Under the pieces are notes generated by a model. The model saw only the letters and a list, made by a program, of their open reading frames with translations, made no database searches and was not told where the DNA came from. A stretch of DNA of 64,000 nucleotides from the NCBI GenBank assembly GCA_050250895.1, contig JBFWNU010000007.1, positions 256,001-320,000 on the forward strand. The letters run 5' to 3'. This DNA comes from Vulcanimicrobiota bacterium. GTDB lineage: Bacteria; Vulcanimicrobiota; Xenobia; Xenobiales; JADMJV01. The position numbers and the translations under genes were made by a program. Of this stretch, positions 7,081 to 17,438 are shown piece after piece (within the stretch, counting starts at the first letter, position 1; each line of letters starts with the position of its first letter).

Positions 7081-8718
7081 ATGGAAAAACTCTTTGCCAG
7101 CCAGGGTTCGCGGTTCTTCGCGGTCCGCCAACCTGGACAAGTCACCCTCTATCGAGGGCCCGACATCGACATGCGCCACCGGGTCAACGACAAAATGGCT
7201 GGTGAATTGATTCGCCTGGGTAACAACGGCGACATCTTCTTTCGCAAAGGCACCAACGTCTATCAGCTTCGCCGCGAGTCGGGCGTCAAGGCGGTGCGAC
7301 CCCGAGCCCTGGCTCATCTCGATGGCAGTGAAACGGGCGGCACGCTCGGCGGCTTCGAGGTCAACGTTGACGGTCGCGAGTTTTGCTACGAGCGGGTCTT
7401 GCCGGTGAAGGGCATCTCGAACAAGCTCAAGAGTCTGTTTGGCTCCAAGAGCGAGCCGGTGGACGCTACCGAGCATAAACTGGTGTTGTGCAACAGCAAC
7501 TCGGGACAAGCGGTGACCTTCCACGAGGCGCTCGTCGATCCCAAGAAGACGACAGATTTTCGCTGGGCGATTTCTCCGACCTTTGGATTCTTGGTGGTGG
7601 CCGAGACCGACGTCAAAGGCCAGGTGATCTTCCGGCTCATCGACATCATCGACGAGTCGGTGGTGTCCGAGTTCACCATGAGCGTCGAGCGTATCGACGG
7701 ACTGCGGGTCACGGACAACGGTACGGTCATGATCGAAGTGCGCCGGCCGGGCGAAGAGCGTTTGGTGCTCTGGACCTATAGCCAGGACCGGCATCTGGTG
7801 GCGGTTCCGCCCAACTGTCTGGTGCATCATTTTGATCAGCACAAGATCGTGTTTTTGACCCGCGATTCACGCTATCTGGTGGTCAAGGGTTACGACGACC
7901 TGGTCACCTCCAATATCGATCTTTCGCCCCTGGCCGAGTTCGAACTGACCTTCTACCCCCATTTCAATCCCAAGGGCGGGATCGAACTCCTCACCTTCCA
8001 AAACGACCAGTTCCGTATCCACCATACCGACCTCGAGACTCTGCCCATTGATGCTACTCGCTGGAAACTTCTGCAGGAGCAGCGCAAGGTCGAAGAAGAG
8101 CAGCGTATGCTCGAGGAGGCTCTGGCTAAACAGGCTCAGGACCAGAAGAATCTCGAGACCTTGCGCAAGAGTCGGCAGCTGGAACAGGCAGTGAATCTCG
8201 AGACTTCTCTACCCATGATTCGACCCGTGTTGCCCCTAGAGACCTCCGAGCCGGCCAAGAAGTTGGCCAAGCCGCAGCGGCTCGAGATCGAACGAACTCC
8301 CGAGCCGGTGGCTCAAGAGCCGCCGCCGCCCAAGAAGCTGGCCGCGCCAGCCATCAAACCCCCTGAGAAACCGCCGGCCCGTGAATCCACCCTCACCCTC
8401 GAGACGCCTCCGGCTCCAGAACTCGAGCCACCACCCCCACTGGCCGCTCCCGCGCCCCCGGCGCCAGCCGTTAAGCCCGCTCCGGTCGAGAGTTTGCCGG
8501 CCAGTTCGGGCGAACTCGAGGAAGAGCTCGAGAAGCTTCGCATGCACTACATCGCCGGCGAACTCGGCCGCGAAGAGTATTACAGCCGCAAAAAAGCCAT
8601 CGAAGAGAGACGGGCTACCGCGCCGGTGGGCCAACCGGTGTCAGACAAGAATCGACCCAAGATGGAAGCTCGTCGAATCGAGCTTGGAAGCCCACGTGAT
8701 AAGCACCGTCTGGAATGA
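7081..8718 (+). CDS. Hypothetical protein: beta-rich N-terminus, coiled coil, Pro-rich linker, SHOCT-like C-terminus
   Basis: ELEKLRMHYIAGELGREEYYSRKKAI resembles SHOCT; first gene of an overlapping run. Confidence 0.75.
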   Translation: MEKLFASQGSRFFAVRQPGQVTLYRGPDIDMRHRVNDKMAGELIRLGNNGDIFFRKGTNVYQLRRESGVKAVRPRALAHLDGSETGGTLGGFEVNVDGREFCYERVLPVKGISNKLKSLFGSKSEPVDATEHKLVLCNSNSGQAVTFHEALVDPKKTTDFRWAISPTFGFLVVAETDVKGQVIFRLIDIIDESVVSEFTMSVERIDGLRVTDNGTVMIEVRRPGEERLVLWTYSQDRHLVAVPPNCLVHHFDQHKIVFLTRDSRYLVVKGYDDLVTSNIDLSPLAEFELTFYPHFNPKGGIELLTFQNDQFRIHHTDLETLPIDATRWKLLQEQRKVEEEQRMLEEALAKQAQDQKNLETLRKSRQLEQAVNLETSLPMIRPVLPLETSEPAKKLAKPQRLEIERTPEPVAQEPPPPKKLAAPAIKPPEKPPARESTLTLETPPAPELEPPPPLAAPAPPAPAVKPAPVESLPASSGELEEELEKLRMHYIAGELGREEYYSRKKAIEERRATAPVGQPVSDKNRPKMEARRIELGSPRDKHRLE

Positions 8719-9614
8719 GACCGCTCCCGGATAGTCCCGCCGGCCCCCGTCCATTCGAGTTCGGGTTGGTGGAGGAGGTGGTCGCGCCGGCCCCCGATTG
8801 GCGCGGCGTTTTGGTCTGGTTGTCGCTACCCGGACTGGCTACTGCGGTTCTCTTTGGCTGGCCTCAGCTGGGTTTTGTCGTCGAGCTGTGGCTGGTGGGA
8901 TGGGTGTTGCTGGCCAGTCTGGTTGCGCACGAACTCGGTCACGCTTTGATGGCCTGGCAAGAGGGCGATGACACGGCCCTGGCCGCCGGGCGATTGTCGC
9001 TGTCGCCGCGAGCCCACTTCGATCCCGTCGGGTCGTTGCTGGCACCCGTGGTGACGGGCCTGACCACCTGGTTGTTGGGCTCGGGAATGGTGGTGGCCTG
9101 GGCGCGCCGCATTCCAGTCGACCCCGCCCGCTTGCGCTCGAAGGGTGGGTTGGTTCGGGTGGCTTTGGCCGGCCCCCTGGTCAACCTGGGGCTGCTCTAC
9201 TTTAGCGCCGTCATGATGATAGGCTGGATGAGTGGGCGGGGCATAGCCGACCCGGCCACCGCCGTCTTGCCGATCGATTGGCTCTCTCATCCGATCGTGG
9301 CCAGCAGCTTACCGCTGGATTTCGTGGTGCTGACGGTCCTTCGTTGGAGCATTTTGGTCAACGCTTTCCTGGTGGCAGTCAATCTCTTTCCGGTGGCCCC
9401 GTTCGATGGCGCCGTCATTTTGCGAAGTAGCTTTTCGGGACGCGTACGTGCGTGGGTCGAGCGCATCCAGAGCTGGGCGCTGGGTCTTTTGCCCGTGTTG
9501 CTGGTCTCGGGACAGGCCCGAATGCTGCTGTGGCCCGTGTTCTGGTTGTGGTACGCGGCCATGGTAGCGGTGGGTCACGGAGCCGGGGTGCCGCTGCCGG
9601 AGGTCGGGCGATGA
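8715..9614 (+). CDS. Site-2 protease family (M50) membrane metalloprotease
   Basis: HELGH, VALAGPLVN, NLFPVAPFDG; multiple TM helices. Confidence 0.9.
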   Translation: MRPLPDSPAGPRPFEFGLVEEVVAPAPDWRGVLVWLSLPGLATAVLFGWPQLGFVVELWLVGWVLLASLVAHELGHALMAWQEGDDTALAAGRLSLSPRAHFDPVGSLLAPVVTGLTTWLLGSGMVVAWARRIPVDPARLRSKGGLVRVALAGPLVNLGLLYFSAVMMIGWMSGRGIADPATAVLPIDWLSHPIVASSLPLDFVVLTVLRWSILVNAFLVAVNLFPVAPFDGAVILRSSFSGRVRAWVERIQSWALGLLPVLLVSGQARMLLWPVFWLWYAAMVAVGHGAGVPLPEVGR

Positions 9615-10900
9615 TTCGGATCCGATGCGAGGATTGCGGGGCCTGGCACTCGGGCGAACTTGCTTTTTGCCCTTATTGCGACACGATGCATGCCGGAGGA
9701 TTGTCGGGCAACGAATCGATCGCGGTTTACGAGAAGGCGACCAGCCGCTTCGCCAGCCAATTGGTCGGCTCGCTGTTGTACCGTCGCAATCTGGCCCAAT
9801 GGTTGGACTGGGCCGGCAGTCTCGTGGGCGATGCCATGGGTTTGCTGCTCGAACCGGCCTGGATTCCTTGTTGGTACGCCGAGCGCACTTCGTTCGCGCC
9901 GGTTGAAGTAGACAAGTTGTTCGGGCTGGATTTTTCACGGCTGGCCTCGGTGGACCGCCGGTTCGAGCGGCTGGGCTTCGGCCGCAGCCTCGATTTCACC
10001 ATCCCTGAAGAGCACCAACAGTGTCTTTATCGACTCTATCTCCTGGCCGGCGAATCCACCTGGGCGCTGGTGCGTATTCCCAGTCCGTCGGCTCTGCGAG
10101 CCGGCCGATGGGAGCTGGGCTTTCATAGTCGCTTGAAGACCGGCGCAGCCCTGGTGACTCAGCCGATGGCCCTGGCTGGTCCCACCCCCGAGGGCAAGGT
10201 CGAGTTTCTTTTCGGCTCACCGCGTCCCGAGGACCTCTACGGACTGCATCGGCAGGAGACGTTTCGGCGCGGCGGGGCGATGCCGGTGCGGGGTCGGCCA
10301 CGGCCAGGAACGTTCTTTCGGCACTACGCTCTGGTGACCAGACTCACCATCTCGCATCGAGTGGGCTTGGGTCTGCTCAAACGCGGCAAGGGTCCGGCCG
10401 TGGCTCGCCACTCGCTGGTCTCGCCCTGGGCTGGCGCCATCGGCAGCTGCGCCCATTGCCTGTGTCCCGTCACCGAAAACGAAGGCGTGCAGGTTCGTCG
10501 CGGATTGCTCTGTGCCCAGTGCTGGGAGGAGCCTCGCAGCCAGCCGCGCCGCGCTTTTATCCCGCTGTGGCGGCGTGGCCTGGCCGGCCTGACCGAGGTC
10601 GGGCTCAGCCTGCTTGCGGCCGGGCTCCTGGCACTGGCCTGGAAGGGCCGGCTCGATTGGACCTGCGCCGTTTTGCTCTGGCCGATGTGCAAGCTTGGCT
10701 TCGATTTGTTTCCTCTTGGCAAGTGGTTACTGGGCTTGCGCCTTCAGGACGAGCAAGGTGGCTCGGTCTCGGTGTTTCGTCGCCTGGTGCGCGCGGTCGC
10801 CTGGTGGGCCTCTTTTGGGCTGGGCTGGCTGCCGGTGCTCTGGCAAGAAACGGCCTGGCACGATCGGGTGGCCGGCACGGGGGTTGGCCCACGCCCGTGA
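9611..10900 (+). CDS. Zinc-finger and RDD-domain membrane protein
   Basis: N-terminal CEDC..CPYC, internal CAHC..CAQC; C-terminal WRRGLA..LGKWLLGLR..R..WHDRVAGT of the RDD family; ATGA overlap. Confidence 0.75.
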   Translation: MIRIRCEDCGAWHSGELAFCPYCDTMHAGGLSGNESIAVYEKATSRFASQLVGSLLYRRNLAQWLDWAGSLVGDAMGLLLEPAWIPCWYAERTSFAPVEVDKLFGLDFSRLASVDRRFERLGFGRSLDFTIPEEHQQCLYRLYLLAGESTWALVRIPSPSALRAGRWELGFHSRLKTGAALVTQPMALAGPTPEGKVEFLFGSPRPEDLYGLHRQETFRRGGAMPVRGRPRPGTFFRHYALVTRLTISHRVGLGLLKRGKGPAVARHSLVSPWAGAIGSCAHCLCPVTENEGVQVRRGLLCAQCWEEPRSQPRRAFIPLWRRGLAGLTEVGLSLLAAGLLALAWKGRLDWTCAVLLWPMCKLGFDLFPLGKWLLGLRLQDEQGGSVSVFRRLVRAVAWWASFGLGWLPVLWQETAWHDRVAGTGVGPRP

Positions 10901-12300
10901 AGGGTCTCTCCACCAGGGTCTGGGCCCTGATGCCGCTGGCGGTTGCCCTCAACCTGGTGATGAGCAACCTGGTGGCACTGTTGAAGCCGTTGCCGCTCTA
11001 TCTCGACTCGGTCGGAACGGTGCTGGTGGGGGCGCTGTGCGGCCCCGGGGCGGGCGCCATCACCGGGATTGCCTCGATCGCCGTGGTGGCTCTGACGGCG
11101 CCCACCTTCTTTCCATTTATGCTCACGGCCGCGGTGGTGGGGGCCCTGTCGGGTTGGCTGGCCCGACGGGGCATTTTCGCCACCCCCGGGCTAGCTGCGG
11201 CCGGTGGTCTGTTTCTGGGAGTCGCGGCAGCCCTGGTCTCGGCCCCCATCTCGGCCTATCTCTTCGGGGGCGTGACCGGAGGTGGAACGGACCTGCTGGT
11301 AGCCTATTTCCGCGGCTCCGGGCGTTCGGCCCTGGAGTCGAGCCTGGCCCAGGGTTTGATTTCGGACCCGCTCGATAAGCTGGTTAGCCTGGTGCTGGTA
11401 CAGCTGCTGTTGGCGGGTCTTCCCGAGTCCATCCGCAACGGCTTTCCCGAAGGTCATCGATTGGCCATCGTCCGGCGGCCCCGACGCGCGCGCCGAGGGA
11501 CCGGGGCCAGTGGAGCCCGACCCCGCGAGAACTGGGGCGCCAGGGTAGCTGGCGAGCAACGGCAACAGGCAGCCGGCTGGCTGCAGGAACTGACTCCGCT
11601 GACCAAATTGCTGGGGCTCTTCGTGGCGGTGGTAATGGCCATTCGCTTTGTGCCGTTCGAGCACGGCACCATCGCTTCGCCTTTGCCGCTGCTCGCCTTT
11701 GGCCTTTTCGGGCTCGCCCTCTCGAGCGGGGTGGGCACGGAAGTTGGCAAGGTGATCGGCTGGTTTTGGGCTCCCCTGGCCCTTTCGATGACCCTCATCA
11801 ACGGCTTGTTCGGACCGACTCCGCGGTTAGTCTGGCGGGGCCTTGCCTATAGCCCCGACGGTCTAGCGGCGGGGTTGGGTCTGGCTCTGCGAGTGCTGGT
11901 CATCTTGCTGGCGGTGGCCCTGATCCTGGCCACCACCCAGCCGGCCGCGCTGGCCGCGGGCCTGGAAGAAGTGGGTTTGCCGCCCAGGTTCTGCTATGTG
12001 GTGCTGGCGGCCCTTTCGCTGGCTCCGGGCATGGCCCGGCGTCTGGATGAAGTGCGCTGTGCTCAGGCTGCCCGTGGTCTTTACCTGGGCGGTCCGGCTC
12101 TGGCCAGGCTCAAGAGCCTGGTTCCCTTGCTGGGCCCAGCCATGCTCAGCGTGTTGGCCGAAACCGAGCAGCGGGCCATGGCCCTCGAGGCGCGAGGCTT
12201 CGGGGCCAGCCGCCGGCGCACCCGCATGAAGGCTGGTTCACGGGGCGAGTGGCCCCTGCGTCTGGCTCTTTTGGCGGTGGGGGTGTGGGCGCTGTGCTAA
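10897..12300 (+). CDS. ECF transporter S component fused to transmembrane T component
   Basis: LPLYLDSVGTVLVGALCGP..SDPLDKLVS (S), then AQAARG..AMALEARGF (EcfT); GTGA overlap with the RDD gene. Confidence 0.8.
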   Translation: MKGLSTRVWALMPLAVALNLVMSNLVALLKPLPLYLDSVGTVLVGALCGPGAGAITGIASIAVVALTAPTFFPFMLTAAVVGALSGWLARRGIFATPGLAAAGGLFLGVAAALVSAPISAYLFGGVTGGGTDLLVAYFRGSGRSALESSLAQGLISDPLDKLVSLVLVQLLLAGLPESIRNGFPEGHRLAIVRRPRRARRGTGASGARPRENWGARVAGEQRQQAAGWLQELTPLTKLLGLFVAVVMAIRFVPFEHGTIASPLPLLAFGLFGLALSSGVGTEVGKVIGWFWAPLALSMTLINGLFGPTPRLVWRGLAYSPDGLAAGLGLALRVLVILLAVALILATTQPAALAAGLEEVGLPPRFCYVVLAALSLAPGMARRLDEVRCAQAARGLYLGGPALARLKSLVPLLGPAMLSVLAETEQRAMALEARGFGASRRRTRMKAGSRGEWPLRLALLAVGVWALC

Positions 12301-13109
12301 TCGAGATGAGCGGCTTGACCTTCACCCGCCAGGGCCGGGAGCACCCCAGTCTCTCCGGGGTGACGGCCGCCCTCGAAGCGCCCATGGGTGTCGGTCTGGT
12401 AGGAGCGGCCGGCGCGGGCAAGTCCACTCTGCTCAAAGTGCTGGCCGGTTTCGTTCCGGGGTTGGTGCCCGGGCGGCTCGAGGGAGAGCTTCGCCTGGGC
12501 TCGCGCCCTCTGAGCGAGTATCGTGCGGCCGAGCGGACCCGATTGATCAGCCTGGTCTTCTCGGACCCGGCTCGACAACTGTCGGGCGCCTGCCCGACCG
12601 TGCGCGACGAGTTGGCCTGGGGTCTCGAAAATTTGGCTGTCGAGCCGGCCCACATTCGGGACCGGGTCGAGCAGGTCCTGACCATGACCGGTCTGACTCA
12701 CCTGGCCGAGCGCTCCCCGCTGGCTCTGTCGGGAGGTCAGCAGCAACGGGTGGCCATGGCTTCGGTGTTGGCGCTCCAACCTGGCATTTTGCTGTTGGAT
12801 GAGCCCGTCTCGGCGCTGGACCCGGGGGGAGTGGCCGAAGTCACTGCCCTGGCCCGCCAGCTGGTGGCCGAGGGAACAGCCGTCATCTGGGCCACTCCAC
12901 GCCTGGCCGAGGTCGCCTGGTGTGAACATTGGTGGGTGCTCGAGGGGGGGCGTTTGACGGTGTGCGCACAGCCGAGCGTGGAAACGGCCGCCGGGGCGTT
13001 GGCCGCTCCCTGGACTCGCCTGGCTCGCGCGGCCGGCTGGAAGAAGGCTCTGCCGATTAGCCAGGACCAAGCTCTAGAAGGGTTTCGACAGCGTGCGCAT
13101 CGGCCTTGA
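12294..13109 (+). CDS. ECF transporter ATPase (EcfA)
   Basis: GAAGAGKST, LSGGQQQR, LLLDEP; start approximate. Confidence 0.85.
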   Translation: MLIEMSGLTFTRQGREHPSLSGVTAALEAPMGVGLVGAAGAGKSTLLKVLAGFVPGLVPGRLEGELRLGSRPLSEYRAAERTRLISLVFSDPARQLSGACPTVRDELAWGLENLAVEPAHIRDRVEQVLTMTGLTHLAERSPLALSGGQQQRVAMASVLALQPGILLLDEPVSALDPGGVAEVTALARQLVAEGTAVIWATPRLAEVAWCEHWWVLEGGRLTVCAQPSVETAAGALAAPWTRLARAAGWKKALPISQDQALEGFRQRAHRP

Positions 13110-13899
13110 ACAGGTGGTTTTCGAGTATGGTCCGATCCGGGCGCTCGATGGCGTGGATCTGGTGCTCGAGACCGGCAGTTCGGTCTGCCTGCTGGGAGCG
13201 AACGGCTCGGGCAAGACCACGCTGGCCCGCCTGCTGAACGGTTTGTTGGTGCCTACCCAGGGAAGGGTGCTGGTAGGAGATTGGGATACGCGCGAGGTGG
13301 CCGTCAGTTCTCTGGCTGGGCGGGTTGGCTATCTGTTTCAGGACCCCCGGCGTCAGGTCTTTCTCGACACCGTTCGGGAAGAGGTCGCCTTCGGTCCGGC
13401 CAATCTTGGGCTGAAGGTCGACGAGGTCGAGCGGCGGTGCGCGCGTTGGCTCGAGCGACTGGACCTGGCCAGCCTGGCTGACCTGCATCCCTACGATTTG
13501 GGAGAGAGTCAGCTGAGGCGGTTAGCGCTGGCTTCGGTGCTGGCGCTCGAGTCGGATTTTTTAGTCTTGGATGAACCCACCGCCAGCGTCGATGCCCGTG
13601 ACTGGCAGCTTCTGTCAGAGTTGGTCGGGGAATTGGTGGCGGCCGGTAGGGGAGTGGTGGTGATTACCCACGATATGGAGTTTGCGGCCGAGCACTTTGG
13701 ACGAGCCATCGTGCTCGAAGCCGGCCAGGTCCGCCTGGACGGACCGGTCGAACAGGTATTCGCCGGACCTTTGACGGCAGCGCTCGAAGCTCCGGTAGCC
13801 ACTCGATTCAGCCTGGCACTGGGCTTTGACCCTCCCGCTGTCAGGCAGGAGACTTTCCTGGGCTACCTGAAATCCGAGGCTGGTGAGAGACTTCCGTAG
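13093..13899 (+). CDS. ECF transporter ATPase (EcfA')
   Basis: GANGSGKTT, GYLFQDP, EVAFGP, LVLDEPT, ITHDM. Confidence 0.88.
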   Translation: MRIGLEQVVFEYGPIRALDGVDLVLETGSSVCLLGANGSGKTTLARLLNGLLVPTQGRVLVGDWDTREVAVSSLAGRVGYLFQDPRRQVFLDTVREEVAFGPANLGLKVDEVERRCARWLERLDLASLADLHPYDLGESQLRRLALASVLALESDFLVLDEPTASVDARDWQLLSELVGELVAAGRGVVVITHDMEFAAEHFGRAIVLEAGQVRLDGPVEQVFAGPLTAALEAPVATRFSLALGFDPPAVRQETFLGYLKSEAGERLP

Positions 13900-14650
13900 G
13901 CACAAGGTTCTTTCCTCACGGGGGACCAGGCTGGCTGTTTTCGAATCCGGCCACAGAGAGCGACCGACCGTCTTCTTTGTGCACGGGGCCGCCGGTTCCA
14001 CCAGCAACTGGCATTATCAACTCCACGACCTCAAGTCTGACTATCATGTGGTCTCGGTCGACCTGCGCGGGCACGGACATTCCAGCTGGCCCGGCCACTC
14101 GAGCCTCGAAGAGTTCCACGGTGACATCGACGCCGTGTTGTCGGGGCTCGAACTCGACTGTCCGATGGTGGTGGTGGCTCACTCTTTCGGCGGCTGTCTG
14201 GCCACCCACCTGGCCGAGCGCCGGCCCGACCTGGTCAAGGGCCTGGCCCTTTTCGATACCGCCGGCGAGATTCCCAAAGGGGTCATGTATCGTTTACTCT
14301 TGCTGTTCTCGACCAAAGCCGACCTGATGCGCAAACAGTTTCCGTGGATGCTGGCCGCCGACGCCAAGGTGATCCAATCGGTGCTGACCTTTCCGATCAA
14401 GGAATGGGACTGCTGGGATGTCTATCCGCGCTTGCAGATGCCCGTCTTTGTAGCCGCTGGAGCCATGGATGTCTTGATTCCGGCGCGCCTCTCGAGACGG
14501 GTGGCCGAGTTGGCGCCCCGTTCGCGTCTCGAAGTGGTGGCCGGGGCCGGGCACGTGCTGATGATGGAGAAACCCGAACTGGTGAACGGCTGGCTGCGCG
14601 AGTTCGTGAGCCAATGCCTGGGGTCAGAGAGCCAACAACGACCCGCCTAA
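13883..14650 (+). CDS. Alpha/beta fold hydrolase
   Basis: FVHGAAG, DLRGHG, AHSFGG nucleophile elbow, GAGH. Confidence 0.9.
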   Translation: MRDFRRHKVLSSRGTRLAVFESGHRERPTVFFVHGAAGSTSNWHYQLHDLKSDYHVVSVDLRGHGHSSWPGHSSLEEFHGDIDAVLSGLELDCPMVVVAHSFGGCLATHLAERRPDLVKGLALFDTAGEIPKGVMYRLLLLFSTKADLMRKQFPWMLAADAKVIQSVLTFPIKEWDCWDVYPRLQMPVFVAAGAMDVLIPARLSRRVAELAPRSRLEVVAGAGHVLMMEKPELVNGWLREFVSQCLGSESQQRPA

Positions 14651-15327
14651 TCCACAAAGATGAAGTCTGGCGGCGGGGCCGGGGCGGGCGCTTTGATGAC
14701 GATTCCGCTTTGCCAGTATTTGCGGCCATCGGCTTCCACATCGTGCCAGCGGTCGAGAAATTCCTGGCGCGGGATGACCCCTTTGCTGCCAAGGGTCGAA
14801 GGATCCTCGAAGTAGACATTCTGCTCGTCGATGCCCACCACTACCATGTAATGGCCATCAACCCAGTCGTTCTTCCAGTCAGGGTGGGGCTCATCGCTCC
14901 AGGCCTGAGCATCGATGATGACCGGTACGCCAGCGCGCACTTCGCGGGCCAGGTCCTCGAGTGTCATTCCTTCGCGCAGCTCGGCGTTCAACCCCAGCTC
15001 GCGAGCAACTTTGACGATGGCGTGGGGCGGGGTGCCGTTCTCGGGGTCGGTGCCCAGCCGGGTCATCAGGTCAGACTCGATGAACTCCTGTCCGTAGTAC
15101 ATCAGGACCGCCTGCAGTGCCGCCGCCCCGCATGAATAGACGGTGCTCTGGCGGGTGTCGGGCACCGGCAGCAGGCGCACTTCAGGGGGAGGCGCTGGTC
15201 TGGGAACATACTCATCGGCGATCACGGGTGAAGCCGAACTGGCGGCGTAGAGCGCCAGGCCGATCAGAGTCCGTCTTGCTGCGGGCGTGACGGAGCCCAA
15301 ACTAAAGCGGGGCGAATTGACCTGCAT
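14647..15327 (-). CDS. C39-like cysteine peptidase, probably exported
   Basis: QSTVYSCGAAAL, GHYMVVVG, FEDP; RR-containing signal-like N-terminus; GGAGG RBS. Confidence 0.85.
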   Translation of the reverse strand: MQVNSPRFSLGSVTPAARRTLIGLALYAASSASPVIADEYVPRPAPPPEVRLLPVPDTRQSTVYSCGAAALQAVLMYYGQEFIESDLMTRLGTDPENGTPPHAIVKVARELGLNAELREGMTLEDLAREVRAGVPVIIDAQAWSDEPHPDWKNDWVDGHYMVVVGIDEQNVYFEDPSTLGSKGVIPRQEFLDRWHDVEADGRKYWQSGIVIKAPAPAPPPDFIFVD

Positions 15328-15395
15328 TGGTGACCTCCTGGTGGCAGCCTAGCACGTCAACCCGCCCCGTTTTGAGCCGGAATTTGAACTTTTGG

Positions 15396-16514
15396 TCAGC
15401 CCAGGCGGTCGGGATTGAGCCCGGCCAGCTCAGGCAGAACGAACTCGCCGTCGCGCCGGATCAGCTGGTCGTCGAAGTAGATCTCGCCGCCCTGGTCTTG
15501 CATCAAGACCATGTCCCAATGAACGGCCGAGCGGTTGCCGTTTTCGGTTTCTTCATAGGCTTCGCCCAGAGCCAGGTGGAGGCTGCCCCGGATCTTCTCG
15601 TCGAAGAGGATGTCGCGCATGGGCCGATGGATGTGCGGGTTGAAGGCGATGGCGAATTCGCCGATGTAGCGGGCCCCTTCATCGGTGTCGAGGATGGCTC
15701 GCAAGCTCTCGTCGTCGGAAGAGGAGAAATCGACCACACGCCCTTTCTCGAAGGTCAGCCGGATGTTGTCGAAAGGTTTGCCTCGATAGATGGTGGCCGC
15801 ATTGTAGCTGATGGTTCCTTCCACCGAGTCGCGCACGGGGGCGGTGAAGCATTCGCCATCGGGGATGTTGTGGGTGCCGGTACAGGCCACCGCCGGAATG
15901 TCTCGAATCGAGAATCGCAAGTCGGTGCCCGGCCCGGTGATGCGGACCTGGTCGGTTCGATTCATCAACTCTTCGAGGGGCACTACCGCCCGGGCCATCG
16001 AGGCGTAGTCGGCCAGGCAGACATCGAAGTAGAAGTCTTCAAAGGCTTCCGTGGCCATGCCGGCTTGCTGGGCCATGCTCGGGGTGGGCCACCGCAACAC
16101 CACCCAGCGAGTGTTCTTGACGCGCTCTTCGATGTGGACCGGTTTGAACCAGTGCTGTTCGTACTGGCTCATCTGGGCTTTACTCACGTCGGAAAGCTCG
16201 GTGATGTTCTCGGCCCCCCGCAGCCCCATGTAAGCGTCCATCTTCTTCATCCGGGATACTTCGACTTCGCCGTAAAGACGCATGGTCGCTTCGAGCACGC
16301 CAGCGTCTTCGATCTTGAAGAGTTTGCGATGGAGTTGCGGCTCTTTGAGGTCGACCATGGGGACGGCTCCCACGGCTACCACCTGTTCGATCAGCCGAGC
16401 CAGCATGGCCGTTGGAATGGTGGTCGCTTCGATGAGCACCTTCTCGCCTTTCTTCAGGCGGCAAGAGTGGTTGACGAGTAGATTTGCAAGTTTCTCATAT
16501 CGGGGATCTGCCAT
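15396..16514 (-). CDS. Aminopeptidase, M29 family (AmpS/PepS/AmpT)
   Basis: NIPDGECFTAP, IGEFAI, LFDEKI..HLALG..Y, NRSAVHWDMV. Confidence 0.92.
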   Translation of the reverse strand: MADPRYEKLANLLVNHSCRLKKGEKVLIEATTIPTAMLARLIEQVVAVGAVPMVDLKEPQLHRKLFKIEDAGVLEATMRLYGEVEVSRMKKMDAYMGLRGAENITELSDVSKAQMSQYEQHWFKPVHIEERVKNTRWVVLRWPTPSMAQQAGMATEAFEDFYFDVCLADYASMARAVVPLEELMNRTDQVRITGPGTDLRFSIRDIPAVACTGTHNIPDGECFTAPVRDSVEGTISYNAATIYRGKPFDNIRLTFEKGRVVDFSSSDDESLRAILDTDEGARYIGEFAIAFNPHIHRPMRDILFDEKIRGSLHLALGEAYEETENGNRSAVHWDMVLMQDQGGEIYFDDQLIRRDGEFVLPELAGLNPDRLG

Positions 16515-16631
16515 CGCCGAGTTTTCTCTCAGTGGTCGTCTGTTCCTCCGGGTGTTGCCAACAAACGATCGGGATGCTAGTATCTTCAGAAAGTTTTTTC
16601 TGCGATTGACTGGAGAGGTAACCTACAACCT

Positions 16632-17438
16632 ATGGCGAGACTGCCGCTGCTACTATCCATTCCTCACGGCGGTTCGATGCTTCCTCGTGAATTGGCGCCC
16701 CGTTTTGCGCTTACGCCGGCCGAACTGTTCTATGAATCCGACCCCTGGACCCGCGAGATTTTCGCAATGGGCGAGATGGTCCAGGGTCGGCTCGAGGCTG
16801 AAGTAGCACGCTGCGTAGTCGATCTCAATCGCGACCCTGACGAACGTCCTCCCGAACATCCCGACGGGGTGGTCAAGTCGCTGACATCCTACGGTAAAGA
16901 GGTCTGGACCGAAGACGGTTTTCCTACTCCAGAGGAGGTCGAACGTTTGCTCGATCGCTATCACCGGCCCTATCATGAAGTGCTGGCGCGCACCGCCAAC
17001 CGGGGGAGTGTTCGTATCGGTCTTGACTGTCACGCCATGGCCCCGATGGCGCCGCCCAACGCGCCCGACGCCGGGCGCCGCCGTCCCTGGTTCTCGATCG
17101 CCAACTTTGGCGACGACCAGGGCGAAGGGGATGACACCACTGCCCCCGCCGACTTGATGCATGCGCTGCGCGAGGCTATCGAGAGTGAGTTCGGCGAAGA
17201 TGAGCGACCCGACGGCGTCGACCTGATCTTGATGAACTATCCTCGCAATGGCGGCTACATCCTCGAGCGCCACGGGCGCGGTTACACTCCCTGGATCCAG
17301 TTCGAGATTAACCAGTCTCTCTATATGGCAGAGAAAGGTGACCAGAGCGAGGTTCCCGACTCCGACCGCGAACTGATCGCCACCGTCCGCCGCCGCCTGC
17401 TCAAGGTCATGGCTAACTTCACCGAGATGACGGACTAG
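16632..17438 (+). CDS. N-formylglutamate amidohydrolase family protein
   Basis: SIPHGG, RCVVDLNR, YHRPYH, LDCHAM, IQFEIN. Confidence 0.88.
   Translation: MARLPLLLSIPHGGSMLPRELAPRFALTPAELFYESDPWTREIFAMGEMVQGRLEAEVARCVVDLNRDPDERPPEHPDGVVKSLTSYGKEVWTEDGFPTPEEVERLLDRYHRPYHEVLARTANRGSVRIGLDCHAMAPMAPPNAPDAGRRRPWFSIANFGDDQGEGDDTTAPADLMHALREAIESEFGEDERPDGVDLILMNYPRNGGYILERHGRGYTPWIQFEINQSLYMAEKGDQSEVPDSDRELIATVRRRLLKVMANFTEMTD

Noticed and set aside
14647-15327. C39 peptidase as part of a bacteriocin/RiPP cluster
   Set aside because: No ABC exporter domain, precursor peptide or modifying enzymes adjacent.
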